Shown: piece by piece, positions 47,288 through 57,597 of the stretch
Numbering within the stretch: the first letter of the stretch is position 1
How the letters are laid out: every line of letters starts with the position of its first letter
Origin: an uncultured Rhodospirillaceae bacterium
GTDB taxonomy: Bacteria; Pseudomonadota; Alphaproteobacteria; Ferrovibrionales; Ferrovibrionaceae
Length of the DNA stretch: 64,000 bases
NCBI GenBank assembly: GCA_964429465.1
Contig: CAYSCA010000002.1
Location: forward strand, 7,702-71,701
Direction of reading: 5' to 3'
The notes under the pieces: model-generated
What the model was told of the DNA's origin: nothing
The model's input: only the letters and a program-made list of their open reading frames with translations
The model's database searches: none
Translations under genes and position numbers: made by a program

Positions 47288-48541
47288 TCAACAAGCGGAG
47301 CGTGCCGGACGTATCGGCTGTCCCGCCGGAATGAGCGTATGGGTATCTGCTCCGAGACGCGGGGCTGGTGATAGACTCGGCCTTTCCATGTCGCGCCAGC
47401 GAAACGCTGGACCGAGCGCCACCGGTTCGCCCTCCACGCCGATCCCGGGCATGGTCGGATAGAGATCGCGGAGATACTCTCCGAGATCACGGACCTTGGC
47501 GGCAGGCACGCCAGCGGCATTGAGCGCGGTTTCCAGTTCGGCAGCTTCAGCGGCCGCAAAGGCCTCGGCCAGCCTGAGGCGGAGCGGCTCGCTGGCAACG
47601 TTGGCAAGGAAGTCCCCCGGCGCGAGACCCTCCGGCACGAAAGGCGGTGCTGCAAGCTCCGGCTTCCCGAGCAGCCGGCAAAGCGTTGCGAACTGCCCCA
47701 TTGTGTTGGCAGCTACCGAGATATGGCCCGTCGTGGTGGCAAAGGTGTCCGCTCCCGGACTGCCGACGAAGCCGCGATTACCCACGCGGTCAGGCGCACG
47801 GCCGGTCGCCAGGGTCAGGGCGGCGGGGCCGGACATCAGCGCCAGCGCGGAATCAACCATCGAGACATCGAGCGTTATCGGGCTCGTATCGCCCCGCAGG
47901 CGCCGGATGAGAGCCGCCAGGATGGCCTCGGCGGCACTGATTCCGGTGGCGATGTCGATGACCGGAAAACCGACCTTTACCGGGGCGTTATTCGCCTGGC
48001 TGCCCTGCAGTGCCATCATTCCGGTCGCGGCCTGGATCACATGATCGTAAGCACCGTATCCGCTGTTTGGTCCGCTCTGGCCCCAGCCGGAAATGGAGCA
48101 GTAGACGATACCCGGCCGGACCTTGCGGATGTCCTCAGGCCCGAGGCCCAGGCGCCGGGCTACTCCGGGGCGGAAATTCTCGACGAAGACGTCAGCATTC
48201 TCGACAAGACGCAAAACCGTTGCGTGGCCTTCCGGCGTGGAAAGGTCGACCACGATTGATTTCTTGCCGGCATTCAGCGCGCGGAAGCCGGGCGGCAGGC
48301 CGCCATGTTCCGGCTGCATCGTGAGCGCACGCATGGGGTCGCCGGAGCCGGGCCGCTCGATCTTGATCACCTCGGCGCCAAGGCAGCGCAGGTGGTGCGT
48401 GGCGCAGGGACCCGCAAGCACATGCGTCAGGTCAAGCACCCGAAACCCTTCGAGCGGCTGCATCACAAATTCCCCGGTGCGCCGGTGCGGAGTGTTCTTT
48501 GGTGGTGTCTGCACTTCACTTTCGATCCCATCTTGCGTCAC
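47288..48541 (-). CDS. CaiB/BaiF family CoA-transferase (family III)
   Basis: 'FRVLDLTHVLAGPCATHHLRCLGAEVIKIERPGSGDPMR'. ATG 48541 forms an ATGA overlap with the TRAP gene stop. An alternative ATG lies at 48463. Confidence 0.85.
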   Translation of the reverse strand: MTQDGIESEVQTPPKNTPHRRTGEFVMQPLEGFRVLDLTHVLAGPCATHHLRCLGAEVIKIERPGSGDPMRALTMQPEHGGLPPGFRALNAGKKSIVVDLSTPEGHATVLRLVENADVFVENFRPGVARRLGLGPEDIRKVRPGIVYCSISGWGQSGPNSGYGAYDHVIQAATGMMALQGSQANNAPVKVGFPVIDIATGISAAEAILAALIRRLRGDTSPITLDVSMVDSALALMSGPAALTLATGRAPDRVGNRGFVGSPGADTFATTTGHISVAANTMGQFATLCRLLGKPELAAPPFVPEGLAPGDFLANVASEPLRLRLAEAFAAAEAAELETALNAAGVPAAKVRDLGEYLRDLYPTMPGIGVEGEPVALGPAFRWRDMERPSLSPAPRLGADTHTLIPAGQPIRPARSAC

Positions 48542-50475
48542 ATCAGCGAGGGCAGGAAGAGCGCGATCTGCGGGACGGCGATGATCAGCAGAACCAGCAC
48601 GAAATAGGCAATCCAGAAGGGAAGAACCCCGCGAAAGATATCATACATCGTTACATCCGATGTCATCGAGGCGATGGCGAAGACATTGACCCCGATCGGC
48701 GGGGTGACGACGCCGAGTTCAACCATGATCACGACGAAGACGCCGAACCAGATCGGGTCGAAACCGGCATTCATGGCCAGCGGGTAGAAGAGAGGAACCG
48801 TCAGCACCAGCGCGGGCAGCGCATTCATGAACATACCGATGACGACGTAAAAGATGAGAATTGCACCGATCAGCTCATAGGGGCCAAGTTTGAATTCCGC
48901 GACCAAGCCGGCAATCTGCTGGGTCAGCCCGCTGACAGCGATGAAGCGGCTGAAGGCGGTGGCAAACAGGAATATCAGGATAATGCCGGCCGTCAGCCGA
49001 AGGGTCTGCTCGATCGACTGCCAAAAGGCGCGCCAAGTCAGCCGTCGCGTCACTACCGAAATCAGCAACGCTCCGGCAACCCCGATCCCGCCCGCTTCGT
49101 TGGGGGTGACCAGGCCCATATAGATGCCGCCGAGAACCAGAAGCATCAGTGTCAGCACTGGCCAGACCCCGGAACTGGCCTCCAGCCGCTCGTGCCACGA
49201 ACTCACCTCGCCGCGCGGCGCGAGCGAGGGGGTGAGCCAAGTCCTGACCGTGATCAGTGCGACCAGGATCACCGCGAACAGAATGCCCGGAAGCACGCCG
49301 GCCATGAACAGCTTGCCGATCGAAACTTCAGTGATCATGCCATAGACGATGAAGGCGAGGCTGGGTGGGATCATCACCCCGATCGTCGCGGCGCAGGCAA
49401 TCGAGGCCGTGGCCAGCTTCATGTCATAGCCGTAGCTGCGCATCTGCGGCAGAGCGATCGATCCCATGGCGTAGACGCCGGACAATGTGTCGCCGACGAT
49501 CGATGACAGGCCCGCACAGGACACGGTGCTCGCGGAGGCTAGCCCCCCCGGCAGGTGGCCTATCCAGCGGTGGGCTGCACGGTAGAGATCTTCCGCGAAG
49601 CCCGAAGCGACCACGATCAGTCCCATCCAGGTGAAAAGGGGAATGACGCTCCATGTCTGGTCGCCCACAACGTCGAGGGCTGTGGTGCCCAGGCTGGTCA
49701 GGCTCGCATTTGTGCCGATCAGGAGGCTGATACCGATCAGGGCGGTGATCGCCATCGCCGCGGCGACGTGAATGCCCAGAAAGATCAGCACGAAGCATAA
49801 AATGATGCTCAGCACGCCGCGCGTTCCGCGCGGCATGTCGAAGGGCAGGGTTTGCGGAAACAGGATGAGGTAGAAGATGCCCGCCGCTACCAGCAGCCAT
49901 GCCAGGCTGACGACAACGGCTCGCGGATTGCGGAGCGCGGCAATGTCCCGGAGGGTGATGACCAGGTTGACCAGAAGCGTGACCGCGAACAGCAGCAGGA
50001 AGATTGCCGCGATGAGCGCGAACGGCCATTCCGGTACCTTCAGCACCCCGGTAACGATTGAATCGTCAATCAGATTGCCGGTCTCCTTCAGGATCTCCGA
50101 CGCTGTGATCACGATCGTTCCCAGCGTGAGCAAAAGGCCGCCGGCGATGGTCGGCAGGCGGGCGTGGTCCGGCATCAGCTGGAGAAGCATGTCGACCCGA
50201 ATGTGCCCGCGCGCGAGTTCGACTAGGCCAAGTGTGGACAGGGCGACGAGGACCATCAGCAGGCCGTTGATCTCCATGCCGCCGGGGACGACGACTGAAA
50301 AGAGGTTGCGCAGCACGACATCCGATACCGTTACGCCCATCATCAGGATGAGCCCTGCGCTGCCGGCCCATTGCGCGGCACGATTCGGCCAGGTGACTAT
50401 GCGCCAGGGCATCTTCACGGCTGCGACGCTCTCGGCGGGCATTGCGGTCCCGATCCTCTCCAGGCCAACGCTCAT
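48538..50475 (-). CDS. TRAP transporter fused permease (DctQ-like small + DctM-like large subunit)
   Basis: 645-aa polytopic ORF. The N-terminal ~170 aa resemble the small subunit and the remainder is DctM-like. Confidence 0.8.
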   Translation of the reverse strand: MSVGLERIGTAMPAESVAAVKMPWRIVTWPNRAAQWAGSAGLILMMGVTVSDVVLRNLFSVVVPGGMEINGLLMVLVALSTLGLVELARGHIRVDMLLQLMPDHARLPTIAGGLLLTLGTIVITASEILKETGNLIDDSIVTGVLKVPEWPFALIAAIFLLLFAVTLLVNLVITLRDIAALRNPRAVVVSLAWLLVAAGIFYLILFPQTLPFDMPRGTRGVLSIILCFVLIFLGIHVAAAMAITALIGISLLIGTNASLTSLGTTALDVVGDQTWSVIPLFTWMGLIVVASGFAEDLYRAAHRWIGHLPGGLASASTVSCAGLSSIVGDTLSGVYAMGSIALPQMRSYGYDMKLATASIACAATIGVMIPPSLAFIVYGMITEVSIGKLFMAGVLPGILFAVILVALITVRTWLTPSLAPRGEVSSWHERLEASSGVWPVLTLMLLVLGGIYMGLVTPNEAGGIGVAGALLISVVTRRLTWRAFWQSIEQTLRLTAGIILIFLFATAFSRFIAVSGLTQQIAGLVAEFKLGPYELIGAILIFYVVIGMFMNALPALVLTVPLFYPLAMNAGFDPIWFGVFVVIMVELGVVTPPIGVNVFAIASMTSDVTMYDIFRGVLPFWIAYFVLVLLIIAVPQIALFLPSLM

Positions 50476-50601
50476 ATTGTTTCCGTCGTCATGTCACCCA
50501 CCGCGGTCCCAAGATCTGCGCATTACGCACTGCTGACTTTCTGGCCGGCCAAGAGTGTATTGCGCTCAGAGATACGGGCCCGTCCGGTGCTCCGGGCAGG
50601 C

Positions 50602-51663
50602 CTAATTCTGATCGTAAAGCTTGAGCAGGCGCGCTGCCTCGTCGAGAATCTTCTGGCCCGGCAAGCCCTTCGCGTTCGCCGCCTGCACCCACTGATCCCA
50701 GAGCGGACGCATTCTGGCGGCCAGTGCGGCGTGATCCTCGGCCGAGAGGGTTATGATGTTCTCGGGCGGGATTGCCGCCATCGCGGCCGCGGCTCCGTCG
50801 GTTGTGTTGTTGAAGAAGTAGACCGGCAGCAGATCGGCGAGATGCTGCTTCTCCTGTTCGGTCAGTTTCTTGTGCGTGTCCCGGTTCATCACGGTCGAAT
50901 AGGTGCCGGGGTTGAGGTTGACCAGCGTATGGTAGGTTGTCACCTCGTTAAGCTTGAAGTTGTTCACCCACCCCCAGGCGCACAGAACCCCGTCCACTGC
51001 CCCGCGCTGCAGGGCCAGATAGGCATCCGGGCCCACCATGACGCTGGCGCTGGCGCCGAGCGTTTCCATCACCCGCACGCCGGCGGAATCCTGCGCGGCC
51101 AGCACCTTGCCCTTGAGATCCGCCAGTGTGCGGATGGGCGTCCGCGTATGCAGGTGGGAACCCATGGCGACGAATGTGGCGAGGTCGACGACGTTGTCGC
51201 TTGCGCTGTACAGCTTGCCCATCTCGGGGAATGTTTCGCGCAAGCGCCAGTAGACCACGGTGGCGACAGTCTGGTTCTTCGAAAGTCCCGGCAGGCTGAA
51301 CAATTCGAGCTGGGGGAACTTGCCCGGCAGCGCGGGATGCCAGACGAAGCCGATATCGAGCAGTCCGGAGCCGGTGGCCCGCAGCCAGTCCTTGAATGGC
51401 GTCACCGAATTGGGCGGGAAGAATGTCAGCTTGGCTCGGCCACCCATGATGGATTTGAGCTGGTTGGCAAAGCGCCGGTCCATGTCGTTCCAGGGCGTTC
51501 CGTCAGCGGAAGCGAACTGCATCTTCAGCTCGATTTCCGGTAAGGCGGCTTGGGCGTCGACGGCCACCGACGTTCCCGCGAGAGCGAGCAGCGACAGGCT
51601 GCCAAAGGCCCGGCGGTTGATGGTCGGACGCGACGCTTGCACGAGCGGCTGATCGGATTTCAT
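50602..51663 (-). CDS. TRAP transporter substrate-binding protein (DctP family)
   Basis: 353 aa. Tat/Sec-like leader 'RRAFGSLSLLALAGTSVAVDAQA'. DctP-like body. Confidence 0.8.
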   Translation of the reverse strand: MKSDQPLVQASRPTINRRAFGSLSLLALAGTSVAVDAQAALPEIELKMQFASADGTPWNDMDRRFANQLKSIMGGRAKLTFFPPNSVTPFKDWLRATGSGLLDIGFVWHPALPGKFPQLELFSLPGLSKNQTVATVVYWRLRETFPEMGKLYSASDNVVDLATFVAMGSHLHTRTPIRTLADLKGKVLAAQDSAGVRVMETLGASASVMVGPDAYLALQRGAVDGVLCAWGWVNNFKLNEVTTYHTLVNLNPGTYSTVMNRDTHKKLTEQEKQHLADLLPVYFFNNTTDGAAAAMAAIPPENIITLSAEDHAALAARMRPLWDQWVQAANAKGLPGQKILDEAARLLKLYDQN

Positions 51664-51797
51664 CTTGTCTCCTCCCGGCCCGGCAGAGGCTAGGGCCTTG
51701 TCGTCACGCGCAGCGGGGCGCGCCTATCCGCTGGCTGCCTCTCTGGCAGGCGGCGTTCCTCAGGCAGGAAACGTAAGACGGAGCAGCTATCAAGAAT

Positions 51798-51815
51798 ACT
51801 TATTTCTTCTTAAGT
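51798..51815. promoter_or_regulatory. candidate LysR-type (T-N11-A) dyad upstream of the TRAP operon
   Basis: ACTTA-tttcttct-TAAGT in an AT-rich patch 135-150 nt upstream of the dctP-like start, next to the LysR gene's 3' end. Confidence 0.3.
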
Positions 51816-51824
51816 CGGTCATCA

Positions 51825-52760
51825 TTATTGCTTACATCCGGAAGGGGAGATGACCCGGGACCATTCCTCCTCGGAACGGCGAAGTTCCTGAGTGAAATAG
51901 TCGTAAAGTGTCTGGGCGGGACGCGACAGCGGATGCCGCGCGGGGATGATCAATGCGACCTCGACGGCAAGCAGAGGATCGTCAATCGGGTTCACCGTCA
52001 GGCGCTCATTGCCGAGTTCCTTCTGGCCGATCCAATAGGGCAGGATGGCCGACCAGTCCGTCAGGGCAAGGAATTCGAGTCCCGCCGACAGGCTGGCATT
52101 GGAGATGATCCGCTCGACCGGGATTTCACCACTGCGGATGGCCGCATCGATTTTCGGCCGCAGGCTGTTCTCCGCATTGGGCAGGAACAACTTCAGCGGC
52201 GGCATTTCGGCGAGTTTCAGCGGCCGCATCGGCATCAGTCCGCGCCGCGATCCGGATATCAGCGTGACCGGGAACCGGCCGATGGATTGCGCCGACAGCC
52301 CGATCTGTGGCTTCTCGAATTGTCCGACATAGAAGTCGAGGGTGCCGCCGGCGACTTCGGCGATCAGCGAATCCGCCGTGCCGCTGGCAATATCGATGTC
52401 GACGCGGGGAAATTCGCGCGTGAAGCGAGCGAGTGCCGGCGGCAGGATGGCTTTCGCCAGGCCTGGTGCGAAGCCGGCCGAGACGGCACCGCTGAGGCCG
52501 GCGGAGAAATCCTCCACCTCGAGCTCGGCTTCCGAAACCGCTTTCAGGATGGCGAGCGATCTCTCGTAGAACCGCTGGCCCGCCGGCGTCGGCACCACAC
52601 CCCGCCGTGTTCTTTCCAGCAGGCTGACGCCCAGCCGCCCCTCCAGCGCGCTCATCTGCTGGCTGACACCCGACGCCGTGCAGTTCAGGCGACCGGCGGC
52701 TGCGCTCAGGGAACCTTCTTCGCAGGCCGCGACGAAGAATCGGATCTGCCTCAGTTCCAT
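51825..52760 (-). CDS. LysR family transcriptional regulator
   Basis: 'MELRQIRFFVAACEEGSLSAAAGRLNCTASGVSQQMSALE' is an LTTR HTH. Confidence 0.9.
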   Translation of the reverse strand: MELRQIRFFVAACEEGSLSAAAGRLNCTASGVSQQMSALEGRLGVSLLERTRRGVVPTPAGQRFYERSLAILKAVSEAELEVEDFSAGLSGAVSAGFAPGLAKAILPPALARFTREFPRVDIDIASGTADSLIAEVAGGTLDFYVGQFEKPQIGLSAQSIGRFPVTLISGSRRGLMPMRPLKLAEMPPLKLFLPNAENSLRPKIDAAIRSGEIPVERIISNASLSAGLEFLALTDWSAILPYWIGQKELGNERLTVNPIDDPLLAVEVALIIPARHPLSRPAQTLYDYFTQELRRSEEEWSRVISPSGCKQ

Positions 52761-52867
52761 TGTGCATTCCTCAGCTTTCAGATTATCGAAATACCGGCTT
52801 CAGGATTTTTAACTATCCCTGATATCGGGTTCAACTTTATGTTTCAGAGGGACGCTGGGAGGACGGT

Positions 52868-53932
52868 ATGACGCCGCAGGAACGCGGGCGCCGGGTGCGC
52901 CAGATGGGTGCGCGACATGATTGGTGGGCGCTGCGGCACGAACCGGTCATCGAGCCTGAGCAGGAGATCGTGGACGCCCATTTCCATCTCTGGGGTGAGC
53001 GCGATTTTCCCGATCCGGCCGTGCCGGGGGCGACGCTGCGGACCAGTCGATATTTGCTAAATGAATTTCTGGCCGATGCCGGGGCCGGCCATAAGGTCGT
53101 ACAGGCTGTCTACATCGAATGTGGATCCGGATACCGCGTGGACGGGCCGGAGCATCTTCGGTGCGTGGGGGAAACGGAATGGGCGGCCGGCATGGCGTCG
53201 CAATCGGCAAGCAGGGGCACCGAAGCGGTCGCGGCGATTGTGGCGCATGCGGATCTGCGGCATCCCGACCTGCCGCAGTTGCTCGACCGGCACAAAGCGG
53301 CCGGAGCGGGGCGCCTGCGCGGCATCCGCCAGAGCGCCGCCCGCCTGGAAGATCCATCCGCGCGGCTGCTCGCCGGAGCCGCGCCGCGCGGCCTCTATGC
53401 CGATCCGGATTTTCGCCGTGGCCTGGCCTGCGTCGCGGAATACGGGCTCGCCTTCGACGCTTTCCTGTTCCATTTCCAGCTCGACGAGCTTGCCGAGCTT
53501 GCCCGCGCGGTTCCGGCTGCGACGATTGTCATCGACCATCTCGGCGCACCGGTCGGATATGCCGGCGCTCCTGCCGCGCGCGATCCGGTCTTTGCCGACT
53601 GGTGCGCCCGGATCGACAGGCTGGCCGCATTGCCGAATCTCGTCATGAAGCTCGGTGGCTTGGCATCAATCATCACCCAGTATGATGCCCATACCCGACC
53701 TTTGCCGCCGTCATCACAGGAATTCGTCGACGAACGCGGCGCCTATTTCCAGTACGCGATCCGCCGTTTCGGCCCGGAACGCTGCATGTTCGAGAGCAAC
53801 TTTCCGGTCGACAGCGTGGCGATCAGCTACGGCAATCTCTGGAATGCCTACAAGATCATCGCCGCCGAGCATGGTTCCGCAGCCGAACAAGAGCTGCTTG
53901 CCGGTACCGCCCGTCGCATCTACCGGATCTAG
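52868..53932 (+). CDS. amidohydrolase family protein (amidohydrolase_2 type)
   Basis: GGGAGGA RBS. 'IVDAHFHLW' metal-binding motif and 'VIDHLG'. Confidence 0.8.
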   Translation: MTPQERGRRVRQMGARHDWWALRHEPVIEPEQEIVDAHFHLWGERDFPDPAVPGATLRTSRYLLNEFLADAGAGHKVVQAVYIECGSGYRVDGPEHLRCVGETEWAAGMASQSASRGTEAVAAIVAHADLRHPDLPQLLDRHKAAGAGRLRGIRQSAARLEDPSARLLAGAAPRGLYADPDFRRGLACVAEYGLAFDAFLFHFQLDELAELARAVPAATIVIDHLGAPVGYAGAPAARDPVFADWCARIDRLAALPNLVMKLGGLASIITQYDAHTRPLPPSSQEFVDERGAYFQYAIRRFGPERCMFESNFPVDSVAISYGNLWNAYKIIAAEHGSAAEQELLAGTARRIYRI

Positions 53933-53984
53933 CTGGCATTCATAAGGCCCAGCTTGATGCCATCGCCGAGTGGGAGCGGCAGGC

Positions 53985-54923
53985 TTACCGGCTTATCTTA
54001 CGTGCGGCCTGTCGCAGGCTGTCGATCATCCGGGATACCGGCGGCGACGGCGCATGCAGCTTTGATGAATAGAGACAGGTACGCAGTGCGATCCGCGGAC
54101 GGAACGGGCGAGCGGTGATTCCGGGAAAAATGCCGTTTGCCAGCACCAGTGGATTGAGCAGCCCGATGCCGATGCCCTGCTGCACCAGGCTGCAGACCCC
54201 GATGGCATTGGCGGCTTCGATCTGCGGCGTATAGGGAGTTCTCGACTGCTGGAACATGGCGGCGACCAGATGCGTGGTTGCCGAGTCGCCGGGCAATCCG
54301 ATGAGCGTCTCGCCGGCGAGGTCCTGCGGCCTCAGGGTCGCGCATCGCTCCAGCCGGTGCGGCTTGGGCAATACGGTAACCAGCGGGGTTTCACAGAGAT
54401 CCTCGACATGGCAGAGCTGCGTAATGCGCGCATCGAATTCGCGCACCGGCGGTGTGCCGACGCCGAGATCGACCTCATTTCCGGCTACCTTGTCCAGCAG
54501 GTTGCGCGTGCTGTCGATCTGCATCTCGACCCGGATCTCCGGCCATTGCGCATGGAAATGGGCAATGGCGGCCGGCAACAGGGCGGTGAGCGCCGGCCCG
54601 GCGCTGCTGATGACGATCTGGCCGATATCGCCGCCGCGCAGGGCGAGCGCGACATCGCGCGCGCGGTCGAGGTGATCGACTGCGCGTTGGGCGAAGGGCA
54701 GAAGACGCTCGGCTTCGGCCGTGGGGTTCAGACGACCATTGGCGAGGCGGAACAGCTTGATGCCGGTCTCGCGCTCCAGCGTTTTGAGGCTTTTGCTGAT
54801 CGCCGCCGGAGAAATGCCGAGTTTGTCGGCAGCCTCCGTCATGTTGCGGCTCAGTGCCATGGTCAGGAAAATCTCGAAATGACGGGTTGTGACAGTGCTG
54901 GACAGCATGGTTTCCACGCGCAA
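53985..54923 (-). CDS. LysR family transcriptional regulator
   Basis: 'RHFEIFLTMALSRNMTEAADKLGISPAAISKSLKTLE'. The start may be ATG 54908. Confidence 0.9.
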   Translation of the reverse strand: MRVETMLSSTVTTRHFEIFLTMALSRNMTEAADKLGISPAAISKSLKTLERETGIKLFRLANGRLNPTAEAERLLPFAQRAVDHLDRARDVALALRGGDIGQIVISSAGPALTALLPAAIAHFHAQWPEIRVEMQIDSTRNLLDKVAGNEVDLGVGTPPVREFDARITQLCHVEDLCETPLVTVLPKPHRLERCATLRPQDLAGETLIGLPGDSATTHLVAAMFQQSRTPYTPQIEAANAIGVCSLVQQGIGIGLLNPLVLANGIFPGITARPFRPRIALRTCLYSSKLHAPSPPVSRMIDSLRQAARKISR

Positions 54924-54929
54924 TGCTAC

Positions 54930-54944
54930 TTAACTAGAAGTTAA
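54930..54944. promoter_or_regulatory. candidate LysR-type (T-N11-A) dyad in divergent promoter
   Basis: TTAAC-tagaa-GTTAA immediately upstream of the LysR gene and 74 nt upstream of the cupin gene ATG. Confidence 0.35.
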
Positions 54945-55017
54945 AAGCTTTTTTCTTGTGGTTGCAACGCTCGTGTCGTTCCATAACGGGACAACCCCAT
55001 TTACCCCGGAGAGGTAC

Positions 55018-55977
55018 ATGTCGGCACTCGGCAAGGCCCGCAACTTCGATCCCGCCCTAGCCAGGCAGCTGCAGGCCAATGTCGGCCGCTACACGGACAA
55101 GACCTTCGACTGGGACGCTTTCCCCAGCAACCGCGATTTTCCCGAACTGGGGCGGGCACAGATGCGCTATATTGGCGGCGGCGGCTCACCGAAGGCCAGC
55201 GGCCCGGAGACGCTGAAGGCGGAGCATTTCACCTTCAGCATCGTGAATCAGCCGGAGGCGAAGTTCGCGGCCGCGCATTCCCATGAAGTGGTCGAGCATT
55301 TTTTCATCCTGCAGGGCGTGCTGACGGTCGGCTGGATCTGGGGCGACGAGGTGGTGGAGGCCAGGCTCGGGCCCAAGGACATGGTGCTGAATAAGCTGGG
55401 CCGGCCGCACGGTTTTCGCAATGACGGCATCGAGCCGGTTCACATGCAGATCACCGTCGGCAGCGGCAAGCCGGAGCCGCCTGTCTATACCTGTCATCCG
55501 AAGAACAAGGACATGGAGCTGGCGCGCCGGTTCGGCGCCGACAGTCCGGAGAAAGTCATCCCGCTCGCCACCGACAGCGCCGATCCGCGCCATCAGGAAC
55601 TCGCCAGGCATGTGGTGCGTTACCGCGACCGCGTGCCGGTCTGGGACAAGGCGGGTTTTGCCCGCATGGTCTATGTGGGTGAGGGCGGCGCACCGCCGCA
55701 GCATTATCGCATGGACCTCATTCATCTGCCTCGCGGTGTCGCCGTGCAGCCTTATGCCCGCGAGGTAGAAGATGCGTATTTTGTTCTGGAAGGCGCCATT
55801 ACGGTCGGTTGGGAGCAGGATGGTCAGATCGTCGAACAACGTTTGGGCGCGCGCGATCTCGTCTTCAATCCGGCCGGACGTGCGCATTACTTCCGCAATG
55901 ACGGCGTCGAGGATGCCCAGTTCACCATGGTGGTCGGCGCACCGGAACCGGAAACCGTGATCTTCAAGGGCGCCTAG
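55018..55977 (+). CDS. cupin domain protein (bicupin)
   Basis: ATG 55018 follows GGAGAGG. Two cupin cores ('HSHEVVEHFFILQGVL...GRPHGFRN' and 'YAREVEDAYFVLEGAI...GRAHYFRN'). Confidence 0.75.
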   Translation: MSALGKARNFDPALARQLQANVGRYTDKTFDWDAFPSNRDFPELGRAQMRYIGGGGSPKASGPETLKAEHFTFSIVNQPEAKFAAAHSHEVVEHFFILQGVLTVGWIWGDEVVEARLGPKDMVLNKLGRPHGFRNDGIEPVHMQITVGSGKPEPPVYTCHPKNKDMELARRFGADSPEKVIPLATDSADPRHQELARHVVRYRDRVPVWDKAGFARMVYVGEGGAPPQHYRMDLIHLPRGVAVQPYAREVEDAYFVLEGAITVGWEQDGQIVEQRLGARDLVFNPAGRAHYFRNDGVEDAQFTMVVGAPEPETVIFKGA

Positions 55978-55979
55978 CC

Positions 55980-56801
55980 ATGCAAAGCGCAACTGCGCAG
56001 CCTCTGGTGCTGCGCCGCGTGCAGGCGGGCGCGGGATCCATCAGCTATCTTGAAGTCGGACAGGGTACGCCGCTCGTCCTCCTGCACGGGATCGGCTCCG
56101 CCGCACGCTCTTTCCAGGATCAGATCGATGGTCTTTCCGACCGCTATCGGGTTGTTGCGTGGGATGCTCCGGGATACGGCGAGTCAAGCTGTCTTCCCGA
56201 GGAAACGCCCTCGGCTGCAGACTACGCCGCGGCGCTTGCCGGCTTTCTTGATGTGCTCGATATCGAACGCTGTCACCTGCTTGGCCATTCCCTGGGTTCG
56301 CTGATGGCGGCGCGTTTCACGGCAGATTATCCCGGCCGGGTGTTGAGCCTGACCCTCTCCAGCATCGCCGTCGGCCATGGAATCCTGCCGGAGGAGGAAC
56401 GCCGGCGCCTGCTGGAGCAGCGCCTCGAGGACCTAATCACGCTAGGACCCCGCGGCATGGCGGAGAAACGTGGCCCCCGCCTGCTCGGCCCGGATGCGAC
56501 CCCAGCCATGGTGGCGCGCGTCGTAGAAACGATGGCTGCTGTCAATCTGGCGGGATACGCGCAGGCGGCAGGAATGCTGTCGTGGGGCAATGTGAAGGCG
56601 GACATTGGCCGCCTGCCGGAATCGCTTCCGCTGCAGATTGTCTATGGTGACGCGGATGTCATCACGCCGCCTGCCCGCAACCAGGAAGTTGCGGCATTGC
56701 GGCCACAGGCGCCGGTCCATGTCATTGCGGGGGCAGGCCACGCCCTCTATCTGGAAAAGCCGGAACGCTTCAACGCGATCCTGCGCGATTTCCTCAGATG
56801 A
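55980..56801 (+). CDS. alpha/beta hydrolase
   Basis: 'LVLLHGIGSAARSF', nucleophile elbow 'GHSLGS', C-terminal 'AGHALYLEKPERF'. Confidence 0.85.
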   Translation: MQSATAQPLVLRRVQAGAGSISYLEVGQGTPLVLLHGIGSAARSFQDQIDGLSDRYRVVAWDAPGYGESSCLPEETPSAADYAAALAGFLDVLDIERCHLLGHSLGSLMAARFTADYPGRVLSLTLSSIAVGHGILPEEERRRLLEQRLEDLITLGPRGMAEKRGPRLLGPDATPAMVARVVETMAAVNLAGYAQAAGMLSWGNVKADIGRLPESLPLQIVYGDADVITPPARNQEVAALRPQAPVHVIAGAGHALYLEKPERFNAILRDFLR

Positions 56802-57573
56802 TCTGGGGATGCGCCCCGCCATCAATCAGGATGCTCTGACCGGAAATGTAGCCGGCATGCGCGCTGCACAGGAAAGCGCATAGCCGGCCAAGTTCGGCCG
56901 GGTCACCGAAGCGGCCTGCCGGCAGTTCGGCCCTGCGCGCAGCCAGCGCTTCCTCGACGCTGACGCCCTGCTGTTTCGCGCGATAGGCAAAATTGCTGAT
57001 CAGCCGCTCGGTCGCGAACGGGCCCGGCAGGATGTTGTTGATCGTGACATTCTGCGCGACGCGGTCGCGCACCAGGGTACTCACCAGGCCGTGCAGGCCG
57101 GCGCGGGCCGCGGCGCTCAGGCCCTGCATGTCGATCGGGTGGCGCACCACGCTGGACGTGATGTTGACCACCCGGCCGAAGCCTCGTCCGGCCATGCCGT
57201 CCAGCACGGCATTCAGCATCGCAGCGGGCGCGCGCAGATTCGCCGCGATTGCCTGGTTCCAGTCGGCGTCGCTCCAGGTTTGCAGCTTGCCCGGCGGCGG
57301 GCCGCCGGCATTGTTGATCAGGATATCGGGTTCCGGGCAGGCGGCCAGCAGGGCTCCACGGCCCTCTTCGGTGCTGATGTCAGCGGCAACCGGCATGACC
57401 ATCACCCCGTTCGCGGCAGAGATGGCGGCGGCGGCTTCCTTCAGCGCTTCCGCGTTGCGCCCGTTAAGCACGATCTCTACCCCTTCGGCAGCCAGGGCCT
57501 CCGCGCAGGCGCGCCCCAATCCGCGGCTGCCGGCACAGACGATGGCCTTGCGCCCCCTGATTCCCAGATCCAT
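56794..57573 (-). CDS. SDR family oxidoreductase
   Basis: 'AIVCAGSRGLGRACAEAL' (TGxxxGxG-like), 259 aa, classical SDR length. Confidence 0.85.
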   Translation of the reverse strand: MDLGIRGRKAIVCAGSRGLGRACAEALAAEGVEIVLNGRNAEALKEAAAAISAANGVMVMPVAADISTEEGRGALLAACPEPDILINNAGGPPPGKLQTWSDADWNQAIAANLRAPAAMLNAVLDGMAGRGFGRVVNITSSVVRHPIDMQGLSAAARAGLHGLVSTLVRDRVAQNVTINNILPGPFATERLISNFAYRAKQQGVSVEEALAARRAELPAGRFGDPAELGRLCAFLCSAHAGYISGQSILIDGGAHPQII

Positions 57574-57597
57574 CTCAGCCTCGCTTGCTGCCGGTTT

